64,000 nucleotides of DNA from a bacterium. Its GTDB lineage: Bacteria; Patescibacteriota; Minisyncoccia; Ryanbacterales; GWA2-47-10b. Position 1 is the stretch's first letter. Every line of letters begins with the position of its first letter. A program made the translations under genes and the position numbers. The stretch spans positions 30,802 through 94,801 of the forward strand of contig JAQBTR010000002.1 in the NCBI GenBank assembly GCA_027624915.1, given 5' to 3'. The notes beneath the pieces are model-generated. The model was not told the origin of the DNA. It saw only the letters and a list, made by a program, of their open reading frames with translations, and ran no database searches. Of this stretch, positions 36,053 to 45,848 are shown piece after piece.

Positions 36053-37648
36053 ATGAAAAAAAATCTACTAACAATTTTACTTTTAATGTTTTTGACAACA
36101 GCTGGTGTTGTTTTTGCTCATGAATCAGATATAACGGATACCGTTGTTATTCATATGAGCAATGATGGTTTTAATCCAAAAGAGGTGATTATACAACGCG
36201 GAGAGAAGGTTGTTTTTGAAAATGTGGGAGAAGATGAACACTGGCCAGCTTCTAATATTCACCCAACGCATCGTGCCTATCCAAAATCTGACATTAGCGA
36301 TTGTGGTACAACAAATGAGCGATTTATGTTTGATGCATGTAAACCAATAAAACCAAATCAGACATACACATTTCAATTTGATGAACTTGGTGAATGGAGA
36401 TTTCATGACCATCTTAATGCGACCTTCAGCGGTCAAATACATGTAGTAGAAAATGGTGGAGCGCAAGAAGAAAAAGTGGAAGAAAAGAAGCCAGGAATTT
36501 TAAGACGTTTTTGGAACTGGTTAAAAGGTATTTTTAGTCGTAATGAAGTTGTTGATGATATACGAGAAGACATCATAGATAGGGAAGATGAAGATTCGGC
36601 ACTTTTAGATATAGAATATGAAGAAAAGAAATGGGTGTATAATCCCAACGTTGAAGTAGACTCAACTCTGATAGCAACAGATAAGGACGAACTGTTTTCA
36701 TATGTAAAAAAATACAGCCCCTCAAGGGCTCTTGAGCAGTTGTTTTCAATTGAAAGTCAGTTCGGCAACTGTCATGATAATGCTCACTATGTAGGAAGAT
36801 TTTCTTATGAGCTTTATGATTCTGAAGCATTCAGGCAGTGTGCAATGTTATGTCAGTCTGGTTGTTATCACGGTGCGGTAGAAGCATATTTTCGTGAGCA
36901 TGGGACATCAAATCTTGCGGACAACATAAATAAACTTTGTTCTGGTAATACAAATCCATTTATTGTTCATCAATGTCGTCATGGCGTGGGGCATGGATTA
37001 TTGGCATGGTCAGACTATGCATTATTTGATGCACTAGAGGATTGCAATCTTTTGCAGCAGGGAGAGGCACAGACCTCGTGCTATAGTGGTGTGTTTATGG
37101 AAAATATTGTACAAAGTATGGCATCCTTCTTAGAAATTGAAGGACACACAACACAATACTTAAGTGATGATCCTCACTACCCATGTAATATTGTTGATGC
37201 TCAATACAAGCCCACATGTTATTTCTTACAGACCGATCGCATGGTTGAGTTGTCCGGTGGAAATTTTGCTACAGTTGCTCAAAATTGTTCTGAGGTTGAG
37301 GATGTCTTTTCTCGTCGAATGTGTTTTGAAAGTATGGGACGAACTGTTGGGGGAAGAAATAGAAATAATCCACCAGGGGCTATTAGTACTTGTTACAATG
37401 CTAACCCCGGAACAGATAGACTCGGTTGTTTGATGGGGGCGGTACAGGATACATTCTGGGATCCATCAGGGCAAGACAATGCAATTAGTTTTTGCAAATT
37501 ACTTACACCAGAAGATGAGAAGGACACTTGCTATGGAATGATTTTTGGACGAGCGCCACAGGTTCTTACCAAAGAGGCTGACCACAGAGCTTTTTGTCAA
37601 AAAGCAGAAACTACCTACCAGGGTCGTTGTCTGGCATATATTAGATAA
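36053..37648 (+). CDS. secreted cupredoxin-like + Cys-rich repeat protein (paralog B)
   Basis: signal peptide MKKNLLTILLLMFLTTAGVVFA; same architecture as 34374-36047 (GFNPKEVIIQRGEKVVFENVGEDEHWPASNIHPTH; QCRHGVGHG). Confidence 0.6.
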   Translation: MKKNLLTILLLMFLTTAGVVFAHESDITDTVVIHMSNDGFNPKEVIIQRGEKVVFENVGEDEHWPASNIHPTHRAYPKSDISDCGTTNERFMFDACKPIKPNQTYTFQFDELGEWRFHDHLNATFSGQIHVVENGGAQEEKVEEKKPGILRRFWNWLKGIFSRNEVVDDIREDIIDREDEDSALLDIEYEEKKWVYNPNVEVDSTLIATDKDELFSYVKKYSPSRALEQLFSIESQFGNCHDNAHYVGRFSYELYDSEAFRQCAMLCQSGCYHGAVEAYFREHGTSNLADNINKLCSGNTNPFIVHQCRHGVGHGLLAWSDYALFDALEDCNLLQQGEAQTSCYSGVFMENIVQSMASFLEIEGHTTQYLSDDPHYPCNIVDAQYKPTCYFLQTDRMVELSGGNFATVAQNCSEVEDVFSRRMCFESMGRTVGGRNRNNPPGAISTCYNANPGTDRLGCLMGAVQDTFWDPSGQDNAISFCKLLTPEDEKDTCYGMIFGRAPQVLTKEADHRAFCQKAETTYQGRCLAYIR

Positions 37649-37649
37649 C

Positions 37650-38561
37650 ATGGAAATAACTCCTTATACGATAAACATGCGTCAGCTCATTGAAGACGCT
37701 ATACAAAACTTTGGTTACGCACCAGAACATAATGTGTACTGGTTTGAAAATGGTGCAGAGGACGAACAAAAGCCATACTTCGTTACATTTGATGATGGCG
37801 ACGGCATGTTCGCATATAAAGAAGATAATATTTGGTATACGCTATCAGATCCAATTGCCCCCAAAAAAGATTGTGCGAAAAGAATAAATGAGTTTGCAAG
37901 AAAAGTATTTGCTGATGCATCGATCGATAAAATTGTTGTTGAATATAATACTGAGATACGTAAGGAGCTTAGTACACTTTTGGCGCCAGAATATAAAGTA
38001 AAAGCAATTAATTACACATTAGTATGGCCAGTTACTGATATGTCGAAGTTCGACCCCGAACTACCCGGTAAAAAATGGAAGAGCATACGAAATGCAAGAA
38101 ACAGGTTTTATCGTGAACATGATGTTATCGTAAAAGATATAAAAGACGTTTCAAAAGATAATTTACATTCTGTAATTAATCGTTGGGAAGATGGCCGTGG
38201 ACAAGCAGACGGAAGTAGGGGGGACATCACATATTCTGATTCATTTCATTCGATGGTGGATTCTGGATTTCCGGGATGCGATGGCGCTCGAGCAATGTTT
38301 GTAGATGGGGCTGTTGTTGGATTTAATGCTGGATGGGTTATACCCAATTCAGAAACATATTATGGCGCTATAGGGCTCCATGATTATTCAGTTCAAGATT
38401 TGGGACAAATGCTGTATCTAGAAGATCTTGTGTGGATAAAAAAATGTGGATATCCAAAAACTGATATGGCCGGAGGTGAAAAGGAGCTTACAAGTTTTAA
38501 AAATCATTTTCATCCAGATTATTGGTACAAGACGCATGCATTTTCAATAGCACGCGCGTGA
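37650..38561 (+). CDS. FemAB/BioF2-like GNAT-fold protein (putative aminoacyl/acyl transferase), paralog 1
   Basis: C-terminal region resembles the FemAB-like acetyltransferase domain (...GFNAGWVIPNSETYYGAIGLHDY...AGGEKELTSFKNHF); 1-nt overlap with its paralog. Confidence 0.45.
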   Translation: MEITPYTINMRQLIEDAIQNFGYAPEHNVYWFENGAEDEQKPYFVTFDDGDGMFAYKEDNIWYTLSDPIAPKKDCAKRINEFARKVFADASIDKIVVEYNTEIRKELSTLLAPEYKVKAINYTLVWPVTDMSKFDPELPGKKWKSIRNARNRFYREHDVIVKDIKDVSKDNLHSVINRWEDGRGQADGSRGDITYSDSFHSMVDSGFPGCDGARAMFVDGAVVGFNAGWVIPNSETYYGAIGLHDYSVQDLGQMLYLEDLVWIKKCGYPKTDMAGGEKELTSFKNHFHPDYWYKTHAFSIARA

Positions 38562-39463
38562 TGATCACTCTTCAGCCCTATACAAAAGACACAAGATCTA
38601 TTGTACTCGATACAATACAAAAGTATGGATTTTCTCCTGAACATAATATTTTTGATTTTGAGAATGTAATAGATGATTATTCCGAAGCCTTTATTGGAGT
38701 CATTGATGATGAGTATATTGTTTTAACACAAGAAGACGATGAAAAAACATGGTGGGTATTTGCAGATCCCCTAGCCCCCCCAAAAAAACGTGGAATGGCT
38801 ATCGCACAATTCTTGGAGTATGTATTTTCTAAAGAAGATGCCAAGAGAGTAACGTGCGAACTCTTTTCTGCTACAAAAGATGAGTTATTAGACCACTTGC
38901 CTAAATACTTGGATATTGAGCCGCAAGAGAACACTCTTATAGGGCCAATCTTTGAACTCGAGCAATTTGATGAAAGTCTTGGTGGTCACCAATTAAAAAA
39001 AATTCGGAGTGTTGTCCGACAGTTTAATGAAAATGTTAAGATTGAGGCGCGTCCAGCACAGAATTCACCGCATGAGGATGCTATGGGTGTCATACACCGG
39101 TGGATCCATAACCGCACCTTTAAGGATGAGGTGTTTATCGAATACTATCAGAGATTTGTTGAGAGTAACTTTGAAGGAGCCGAAGAAACACGGGTGCTCT
39201 ATGTTAATAATAAACCCGTCGCACTGAATGGTGGTTGGCGTGTGCCAAATTCGGAGACATTTTATAATGCACTTTCACTCCATGATTATTCCTTAAGGGG
39301 TCTTGGTGAGATAATAATGGTTGAAGCACTCTCGTACTTAAAAAATAAAGGATATACGTATGCAGATTTTGGTGTTGGAGAAAAAAATCTAACCTCATTT
39401 AAACAAAAATTTTGTAAAAATAAACTTCAGACGGCATATGAGTTTTCAGTAGTAAAAAAATAA
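38561..39463 (+). CDS. FemAB/BioF2-like GNAT-fold protein, paralog 2
   Basis: collinear similarity to the upstream gene (PYT..., SPEHN..., NGGWRVPNSETFYNALSLHDYS..., FGVGEKNLTSFKQKF). Confidence 0.45.
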   Translation: MITLQPYTKDTRSIVLDTIQKYGFSPEHNIFDFENVIDDYSEAFIGVIDDEYIVLTQEDDEKTWWVFADPLAPPKKRGMAIAQFLEYVFSKEDAKRVTCELFSATKDELLDHLPKYLDIEPQENTLIGPIFELEQFDESLGGHQLKKIRSVVRQFNENVKIEARPAQNSPHEDAMGVIHRWIHNRTFKDEVFIEYYQRFVESNFEGAEETRVLYVNNKPVALNGGWRVPNSETFYNALSLHDYSLRGLGEIIMVEALSYLKNKGYTYADFGVGEKNLTSFKQKFCKNKLQTAYEFSVVKK

Positions 39464-39484
39464 TAAAAACAATATAATAAAAAA

Positions 39485-40792
39485 GTGGAGTCAAAAAACA
39501 GTAATGGTAGGAAAAAAATAAAAAAATTTCTTTTTGTTTCATCTTGGGGCATGATTGGTGACCTTGCTTGGCACATTCAAAGGGAGGGAGCTGAAGTTAG
39601 GTTTTATTTGGATTGTGAAGATGATGTTCTTGATGGTTTTTTGGATAAAGTTGAAGACTGGAAAGATCATAAGGATTGGGCCGACATTATCATTTTTGAT
39701 GAGGTTGGCTATGGATACGGTAAGATTGCCGATGCCTTACGAAAAGAAGGTAAGTTTGTCATTGGTGGAAGTGCATACACAGACAAACTAGAAGAAGACA
39801 GAGAATTTGGCCAAGCTGAAATGGAGTCGGTTGGGATGACGATTTTACCCCACTGGAACTTTAGTGATTTTGATGAGGCAATAAAATTTATACAAGAGAA
39901 TCCGGGACGTTATGTCTTTAAGCCATCTGGAGATATTTCTGGTAATGAAAAAGGGATTCTGTTCATTGGAGAGGAGGAAGATGGTAACGACATTATTGAA
40001 GTCCTCGAACATAACAAAAAAAGTTGGTCCAAGAAAATAAAAAACTTTGTGCTTCAAAAGTTTGCATCGGGCGTAGAAATTGCAGTTGGAGCCTTCTTTA
40101 ATGGAAATGATTTTGTGTATCCTGTAAATGTAAATTTTGAGCATAAGAAGTTGTTCCCTGGTGATATTGGTCCATATACCGGAGAGATGGGAACGCTTAT
40201 GTTTTGGTCAGAACCTAATAATCTTTTTAAGATGACGCTCGAAAAGATGCGCGAGAAATTAAAAGAATCGGGCTATGTTGGATATATAGATATAAACTGT
40301 ATAGCAAACTCGCGCGGTATTTACCCACTTGAATTCACGGCGCGTTTTGGCTATCCGACAATCAATATACAGATGGAGGGCGTCACTAGTTTGTGGTCAG
40401 AGTTTTTTTATTCACTATCACGTGGGGAGGGGTTTGACCTTAAAACAAAGCATGGATTCCAAGTTGGCGTAGTTGTTGCGGTTCCTCCATTCCCATACCA
40501 CGCTAAAGCAGAAGTAGAGATGTATAAGGACTTTTCTATTTTATTTAAACGACCTAATCTTGAGGGGATACACTTGGGGGAGGTAAAACTTGTTGATGGT
40601 GATTGGCATTTGGCAGGGACTACCGGGTACACGCTTATCGTGACAGGAGCTAACAGTACTGTTGAGGAGGCTCGTGAGCAGGCATACAAACGAGTACGCA
40701 ATATCATGCTGCAAAATATGTTCTATCGGACAGATATAGGGGAGAAGTGGTACCACGAGAGTGACCATTTGCAAACCTGGGGTATTCTTTGA
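39485..40792 (+). CDS. purD: ATP-grasp enzyme of the phosphoribosylamine-glycine ligase (PurD) family, divergent
   Basis: HKKLFPGDIGPYTGEMG (cf. PurD HKRVGDGDTGPNTGGMG), LEFTARFGYP, C-terminal YRTDIGEKW; no other pur genes in the window. Confidence 0.6.
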   Translation: MESKNSNGRKKIKKFLFVSSWGMIGDLAWHIQREGAEVRFYLDCEDDVLDGFLDKVEDWKDHKDWADIIIFDEVGYGYGKIADALRKEGKFVIGGSAYTDKLEEDREFGQAEMESVGMTILPHWNFSDFDEAIKFIQENPGRYVFKPSGDISGNEKGILFIGEEEDGNDIIEVLEHNKKSWSKKIKNFVLQKFASGVEIAVGAFFNGNDFVYPVNVNFEHKKLFPGDIGPYTGEMGTLMFWSEPNNLFKMTLEKMREKLKESGYVGYIDINCIANSRGIYPLEFTARFGYPTINIQMEGVTSLWSEFFYSLSRGEGFDLKTKHGFQVGVVVAVPPFPYHAKAEVEMYKDFSILFKRPNLEGIHLGEVKLVDGDWHLAGTTGYTLIVTGANSTVEEAREQAYKRVRNIMLQNMFYRTDIGEKWYHESDHLQTWGIL

Positions 40793-40793
40793 G

Positions 40794-41822
40794 ATGATGC
40801 CTACTATGCCACGCATAAACACAAAATATATATCTTCTCCAAGGCAGCAAATATTACTAGGAATCGTCTTAGTTCTGTTTTTTGTATTCGGTTTTGGTTT
40901 CGGTATTATTTTTCCACCACACCCAACAAGCACCATGCCGCTTATAATAAAACGCGGGACAAGCGCTGAATCTATTTCAAATCAATTGAAGGTAGAAAAT
41001 ATAATACGCTCTAGATTTTTGTTCGTGTGGGCTACTTATCTGGGCGGAATCCATGATGAGTTAGCAGCGGGCCGTTTTCTATTTGATGAATCTATATCTA
41101 CCTTTGGTGTTTTGAGGAGACTCACGCAACCTCAGGAAGAGCTCTCTGTTTTTATCCCAGAAGGTTCAACCATACGAGAGATAGAAATAATTCTAAGACA
41201 AAATAATATACCATCGGCAGAGTTTTTAGATTCACGCAGATATCCAAATGTATACAAAGAATTTCACCCGTTCCTAGAAGTTATTCCGGAAGGTCAAGAT
41301 CTTGAAGGATTTTTGTTTCCCGATACGTATAGATTCTATGAGTACTCTTCTCCCGAAGAAATAGTAGATACAATGCTTGATAATTTTGAGCTCAAGCTCA
41401 AACCATTTGTTAGTGATATCGATGCAAGTCCACACTCGTTGTATGAGATAATCACAATGGCATCAATCTTAGAAAAAGAAGTACCCTCGGCCGATGAAAA
41501 GGCTATTGTGTCAGGAATTATGTGGAAGAGAATAAGAGAGGGGATGCCACTTCAAGTAGATGCGACACTTTTTTATGAGTTAGGAAAAACAAGTAGGGAG
41601 CTTACCCAAAGTGATTTGAAAAATGAGACTCCATACAATACATATACCTATCAAGGTCTTCCACCAGGTCCAATTTCAAACCCAGGAGCAGAATCTATAG
41701 AGGCCACACTTAATCCAAAAGAGACCCCTTTCTATTTCTATCTTTCCGATAGGGATGGCAATACATATTTTTCACGAAACTTTGAAGAACACAAAGAGAA
41801 GAAATTTAAATACTTGCGCTAG
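40794..41822 (+). CDS. mltG: endolytic murein transglycosylase MltG (YceG family)
   Basis: N-terminal TM helix and the YceG signature TPYNTYTYQGLPPGPISNPG. Confidence 0.8.
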   Translation: MMPTMPRINTKYISSPRQQILLGIVLVLFFVFGFGFGIIFPPHPTSTMPLIIKRGTSAESISNQLKVENIIRSRFLFVWATYLGGIHDELAAGRFLFDESISTFGVLRRLTQPQEELSVFIPEGSTIREIEIILRQNNIPSAEFLDSRRYPNVYKEFHPFLEVIPEGQDLEGFLFPDTYRFYEYSSPEEIVDTMLDNFELKLKPFVSDIDASPHSLYEIITMASILEKEVPSADEKAIVSGIMWKRIREGMPLQVDATLFYELGKTSRELTQSDLKNETPYNTYTYQGLPPGPISNPGAESIEATLNPKETPFYFYLSDRDGNTYFSRNFEEHKEKKFKYLR

Positions 41823-41855
41823 TCACAGAACTTTTTTTGTGGTATAACTTTTGTC

Positions 41856-42881
41856 ATGTCACAAAAGAAAGTTTTTGTTGCTATGTCAGGTGGAGTGGAT
41901 AGCTCAGTATCAGCAGCCCTCCTAAAACAAGCCGGATATGACGTATACGGTGTATTTATGCAGGGTTGGGCCAACCCTAATTTTGATTGTGAGTGGAAAG
42001 AAGAAAGGCGAGATGCAGCTCGTGTTGCGGGCGTTCTTGATATACCATTTAAGGTTTTAGATTTTTCCAGAGATTATTATGAACATGTTGTTTCGTATTT
42101 GATCAGCGAGTACAAAGCTGGACGTACACCCAATCCAGATATTATGTGCAACAAAGAAATTAAGTTTGGCCTTTTTTATAGGTGGGTCATGGCTGAGGGT
42201 GCAGATTTTGTAGCCACAGGCCACTATATACAAAAAGAAGGTGACCATGTATTTGCAGGGGCCGACAGAGGAAAAGACCAGACGTATTTTTTGTGGACAC
42301 TTACAAAAGATATTATTGAACATTCGCTTTTTCCAATAGGGAGTTATCAAAAGTCTGAGGTAAGAATTCTTGCAGAAAAATTTAAATTGCCAGTTGCTGA
42401 CAAAAAAGATTCGCAAGGGGTTTGCTTCGTTGGAGAGGGTAGTATGGTTAATTTTTTGAAGGAGAATATTAAAGCAACAGCTGGAGATATAAAAACCATT
42501 GACGGCAATGTAATTGGTCATCATGAGGGAGTTGAGCTTTTTACCATAGGACAACGTCACGGCATTGGCACTCCTGGTGGCGGAGGTGTGTATTATGTCG
42601 CCGATAAAGATTTAAAAACTGGTGTTTTGACTGTTGCTCGCGGAGATGAAGATCCAATACTACAAAAAAGTAAAATCATGTACACAAATCCTAATTGGAT
42701 TCATGGGGTTTCTTTGCCGCTCGCATGCATGGCACGAATAAGATATAGACAAACTCTTTCATCCTGCACTGTATACGAAAATACTGTTGTGTTTGATGAG
42801 CCACAGAAAGCTGTCGCTCCAGGACAATCCATTGTTTTTTACAAAGATGACGAGATGCTTGGGGGCGCGATCATCAATTAA
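41856..42881 (+). CDS. mnmA: tRNA-specific 2-thiouridylase MnmA
   Basis: PP-loop SGGVDSS at N-terminus and overall MnmA similarity. Confidence 0.85.
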   Translation: MSQKKVFVAMSGGVDSSVSAALLKQAGYDVYGVFMQGWANPNFDCEWKEERRDAARVAGVLDIPFKVLDFSRDYYEHVVSYLISEYKAGRTPNPDIMCNKEIKFGLFYRWVMAEGADFVATGHYIQKEGDHVFAGADRGKDQTYFLWTLTKDIIEHSLFPIGSYQKSEVRILAEKFKLPVADKKDSQGVCFVGEGSMVNFLKENIKATAGDIKTIDGNVIGHHEGVELFTIGQRHGIGTPGGGGVYYVADKDLKTGVLTVARGDEDPILQKSKIMYTNPNWIHGVSLPLACMARIRYRQTLSSCTVYENTVVFDEPQKAVAPGQSIVFYKDDEMLGGAIIN

Positions 42882-42923
42882 AAAGCAGTTCTCAGTAATC
42901 ATCTTGTGTGATAAACTGCTCGC

Positions 42924-44687
42924 ATGACAGCACGCGAGATACGTACAAAATTTCTAGAATATTTTGAGAAAAACGGACACACCGTTGTGCCCTCAAGCTC
43001 TCTTTTGCCAGACGATCCGTCTGTTTTGTTGACGACAGCTGGCATGCAGCAATTTAAGTCGTATTATACACGTAGCGCCGACCCAATGCGTGATTTTAAA
43101 TCACTATCTACAGCATCTGCACAAAAATCCTTTCGTACATCTGATATTGACGAAGTTGGAGATGATACACATCTTACATTCTTTGAAATGTTGGGTAACT
43201 TTTCGTTTGGCGGATACTTCAAAAAAGAAGCGATTACTTTTGCACATGAGTTTATTACAAAAGAGCTCGGACTAGATATTTCGTACGTTACTATATTTGA
43301 GGGGTCTCGTACTGTGCCAAAAGATGAAGAATCACGAGAAATTTGGAAATCACTCGGTGTTTCAGATATACGCGAAGAAGGCATGGATGACGTTTTTTGG
43401 GGCCCTACGGGTAGTTCTGGACCCTGTGGACCCACAACAGAACTGTACTGTAAGAATGCAACGGGTGAAGACGTAGAGATTTGGAACATTGTATTTAATG
43501 AATTCTTTTATCCTGGTAGCCGCGAGGAATTACTTGGAGGCTCAACCTCCAAGTCTCTTGAGCCTCTGGAGTATCCGGGGGTTGATACAGGTATGGGACT
43601 CGAGCGACTAGCGATGGTTAGTCAACAGACAAAAAATATTTTTGAAATAGACTCGTTCCAGACACTTTTTAACTTACTCCCAGACGAGCTTGATGTGCGA
43701 ACAAAGCGCATAATTTCTGATCATTTGCGAGGAGGTGTATTTCTCTTGGCTGATGGTGTGCGACCATCGAATAAAGAGGCGGGCTACATATTACGTAGGT
43801 TGTTGCGTCGCGCGCTGGCATACGAAGAAATTAATAATTTAGAAGCGAGTCTTTTTGAGTCGATGCTATTGCAGGTTATTAATACAGAAGGTGAGTTTTA
43901 TACTGAATTAAAAAGTAATAAAAATGAAATAATAAATGAATACTGGTCCGAACGAGAGAGGTTTACCAAAACTCTGAAGCGCGGGCTCGGCGAGCTTAAT
44001 AAGCTCGAAAGTATTGATGCTGTCGGTGCTTTTCGTCTATACGAATCATTTGGGCTTCCTTTCGAAATCATCAAAGAAATTGGTGGAGAGGGCGCGCACG
44101 GACTATCACGAGAGCTTTTTGATAAAGAATTTGAAAAACACCAGAAGAAGTCTCGTGCAGGTGCCGAAAAGAAGTTTGGTGGTCATGGCCTCATTCTTAA
44201 TACTGGAGAGCTAAAAGCAAAAGACACCGAAGAATTAAAAAAAGTAACACGCTTGCATTCGGCTACACATCTTATGCAAGCTGCTTTGAGAAAAGTTCTT
44301 GGTGATAGCGTAGAACAACGAGGCTCTGATATAACTGTAGAGCGTACGAGATTTGATTTGAGTTTTGATAGAAAAATTACAAAAGAAGAGTTGCGGAGGG
44401 TTGAAGATATTGTAAATGATGTAGTTGAAAGAGATCTAACGGTCACAGAAGAAGAATTGTCCTTCGAAGAGGCTATACGTAGAGGTGCTTTGCATTTTTT
44501 CAAGGAAAAGTACCCAGAGCACGTAAGGGTATATTCTTTTATGGACAAGGATGGAAAACCATTTTCCATGGAGCTGTGTGGTGGACCTCACGTTACCCAC
44601 ACCCAAGAAATCGGGAAATTCCGTATAATAAAAGAAGAGGCGTCATCGGCCGGTGTACGTCGCGTGAGAGGTACGGTAGAACCATAA
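42924..44687 (+). CDS. alaS: alanyl-tRNA synthetase, short form (catalytic + tRNA-recognition + compact editing core; no C-Ala domain)
   Basis: class II AlaRS N-terminal motifs; editing-site HSATH and CGGPH motifs; only 587 aa. Confidence 0.75.
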   Translation: MTAREIRTKFLEYFEKNGHTVVPSSSLLPDDPSVLLTTAGMQQFKSYYTRSADPMRDFKSLSTASAQKSFRTSDIDEVGDDTHLTFFEMLGNFSFGGYFKKEAITFAHEFITKELGLDISYVTIFEGSRTVPKDEESREIWKSLGVSDIREEGMDDVFWGPTGSSGPCGPTTELYCKNATGEDVEIWNIVFNEFFYPGSREELLGGSTSKSLEPLEYPGVDTGMGLERLAMVSQQTKNIFEIDSFQTLFNLLPDELDVRTKRIISDHLRGGVFLLADGVRPSNKEAGYILRRLLRRALAYEEINNLEASLFESMLLQVINTEGEFYTELKSNKNEIINEYWSERERFTKTLKRGLGELNKLESIDAVGAFRLYESFGLPFEIIKEIGGEGAHGLSRELFDKEFEKHQKKSRAGAEKKFGGHGLILNTGELKAKDTEELKKVTRLHSATHLMQAALRKVLGDSVEQRGSDITVERTRFDLSFDRKITKEELRRVEDIVNDVVERDLTVTEEELSFEEAIRRGALHFFKEKYPEHVRVYSFMDKDGKPFSMELCGGPHVTHTQEIGKFRIIKEEASSAGVRRVRGTVEP

Positions 44688-44693
44688 GTATTA

Positions 44694-45848
44694 ATGTTTT
44701 TTAACCAAGCCCCAAAAGAAAAACTAGGCGTAGCTTTTGATATTGGTACGGCATCAGTCAGTGCTGTAGTTTTTGAGGTTAGTGCTGGTGGACGGCCAAA
44801 CATCTTAAAGATATTTAGGCGCTTCCACAAAATTTCAACTACAAGAGAGTCGGGACACTTTAGTAGAGCCACCCTTTCTCATATAAGTGATACTTTAGAA
44901 GATATTCGTAAATTAACAGTTGAACTAAAAAAGCCAACACCAGAAACATTTACGATTGGTCTCTCGGCAATTTTTTATTTAGGAAAAACAATACGTTTAA
45001 AAGAATCGTATAAGAGTCAAAAAAATCTTTCAGAAAAAGATGTAAATGGATTCCTAGATAGGGCCAAGGAAAAATTTTTGAAGGACCTTGGCAGAGATGA
45101 TGTTGTTGTTTTTGAGTCTTTGATTATGAAGGCGCTTCTAAATGGATATCCGGTTGAGCGTCCGATTGGCAAGGGAACTACTGAATTAGATTTATCTGTG
45201 CATTTGGCAGCGACCTCCAAAGAGTTTTATGACAAAGTCACAGAGATTATTAATACATTTCATAGAGGTGCCAAAATTAGATTATCCACGTTTCCAGTTG
45301 TATCGTGGTCACTAATGCGCGAACTCATAACTCCTGAGCACCAAGCTCTTCTTGTAGATATAGGGGGGGAGGTCACAGAGGTCACATTTCTAGCAGATGG
45401 CGTAATGACCGAGGTACTGACTCTTCCATTTGGTGTGTATAACATTTTGCTTCGCATCGCCGAATCTGAGAAAACAGATCCAGAGAATGCCCTTTCTCTT
45501 CTTATTCAATACACCTCCGGTAAGCTTTCTAAGGCTGCACAGGCTCGAATTCAAATAATTATTAAAAAAGAGATGAAAAACTGGGAACAAATTTTTGAAC
45601 GCGTGTGGCAAAGAGCAAGTCGTGATATCATGAGTAACATCAAGGTCTTTTTCCTTGGAGGCGGCGCACTTATCGAAGATATGAAAAATTCGGTTGTTCC
45701 ACCACTACTTCATCCAGAAATTGCTCGCGGCTTACACGCCGTTACTATTGCACCGGCGGCATTTCAGGATAAATTTGGTGCCTATAGCGGTCTCGAAGGT
45801 CCAGGAGATTTTGGCTTAGTAGCTTTAGTATTAAGTTCTCAGATATGA
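44694..45848 (+). CDS. actin-like ATPase domain protein (PilM/FtsA-like)
   Basis: N-terminal GVAFDIGTASVSAVVFE phosphate-1-like motif and C-terminal FFLGGGALIEDM; weak. Confidence 0.45.
   Translation: MFFNQAPKEKLGVAFDIGTASVSAVVFEVSAGGRPNILKIFRRFHKISTTRESGHFSRATLSHISDTLEDIRKLTVELKKPTPETFTIGLSAIFYLGKTIRLKESYKSQKNLSEKDVNGFLDRAKEKFLKDLGRDDVVVFESLIMKALLNGYPVERPIGKGTTELDLSVHLAATSKEFYDKVTEIINTFHRGAKIRLSTFPVVSWSLMRELITPEHQALLVDIGGEVTEVTFLADGVMTEVLTLPFGVYNILLRIAESEKTDPENALSLLIQYTSGKLSKAAQARIQIIIKKEMKNWEQIFERVWQRASRDIMSNIKVFFLGGGALIEDMKNSVVPPLLHPEIARGLHAVTIAPAAFQDKFGAYSGLEGPGDFGLVALVLSSQI

Noticed and set aside
39485-40792. ATP-grasp gene as a peptidoglycan D-Asp-type ligase partnering the FemAB-like genes
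   Set aside because: Its motifs align specifically with PurD (GAR synthetase) along the whole length. It is kept as PurD-like and the PG-ligase idea is only mentioned as context.
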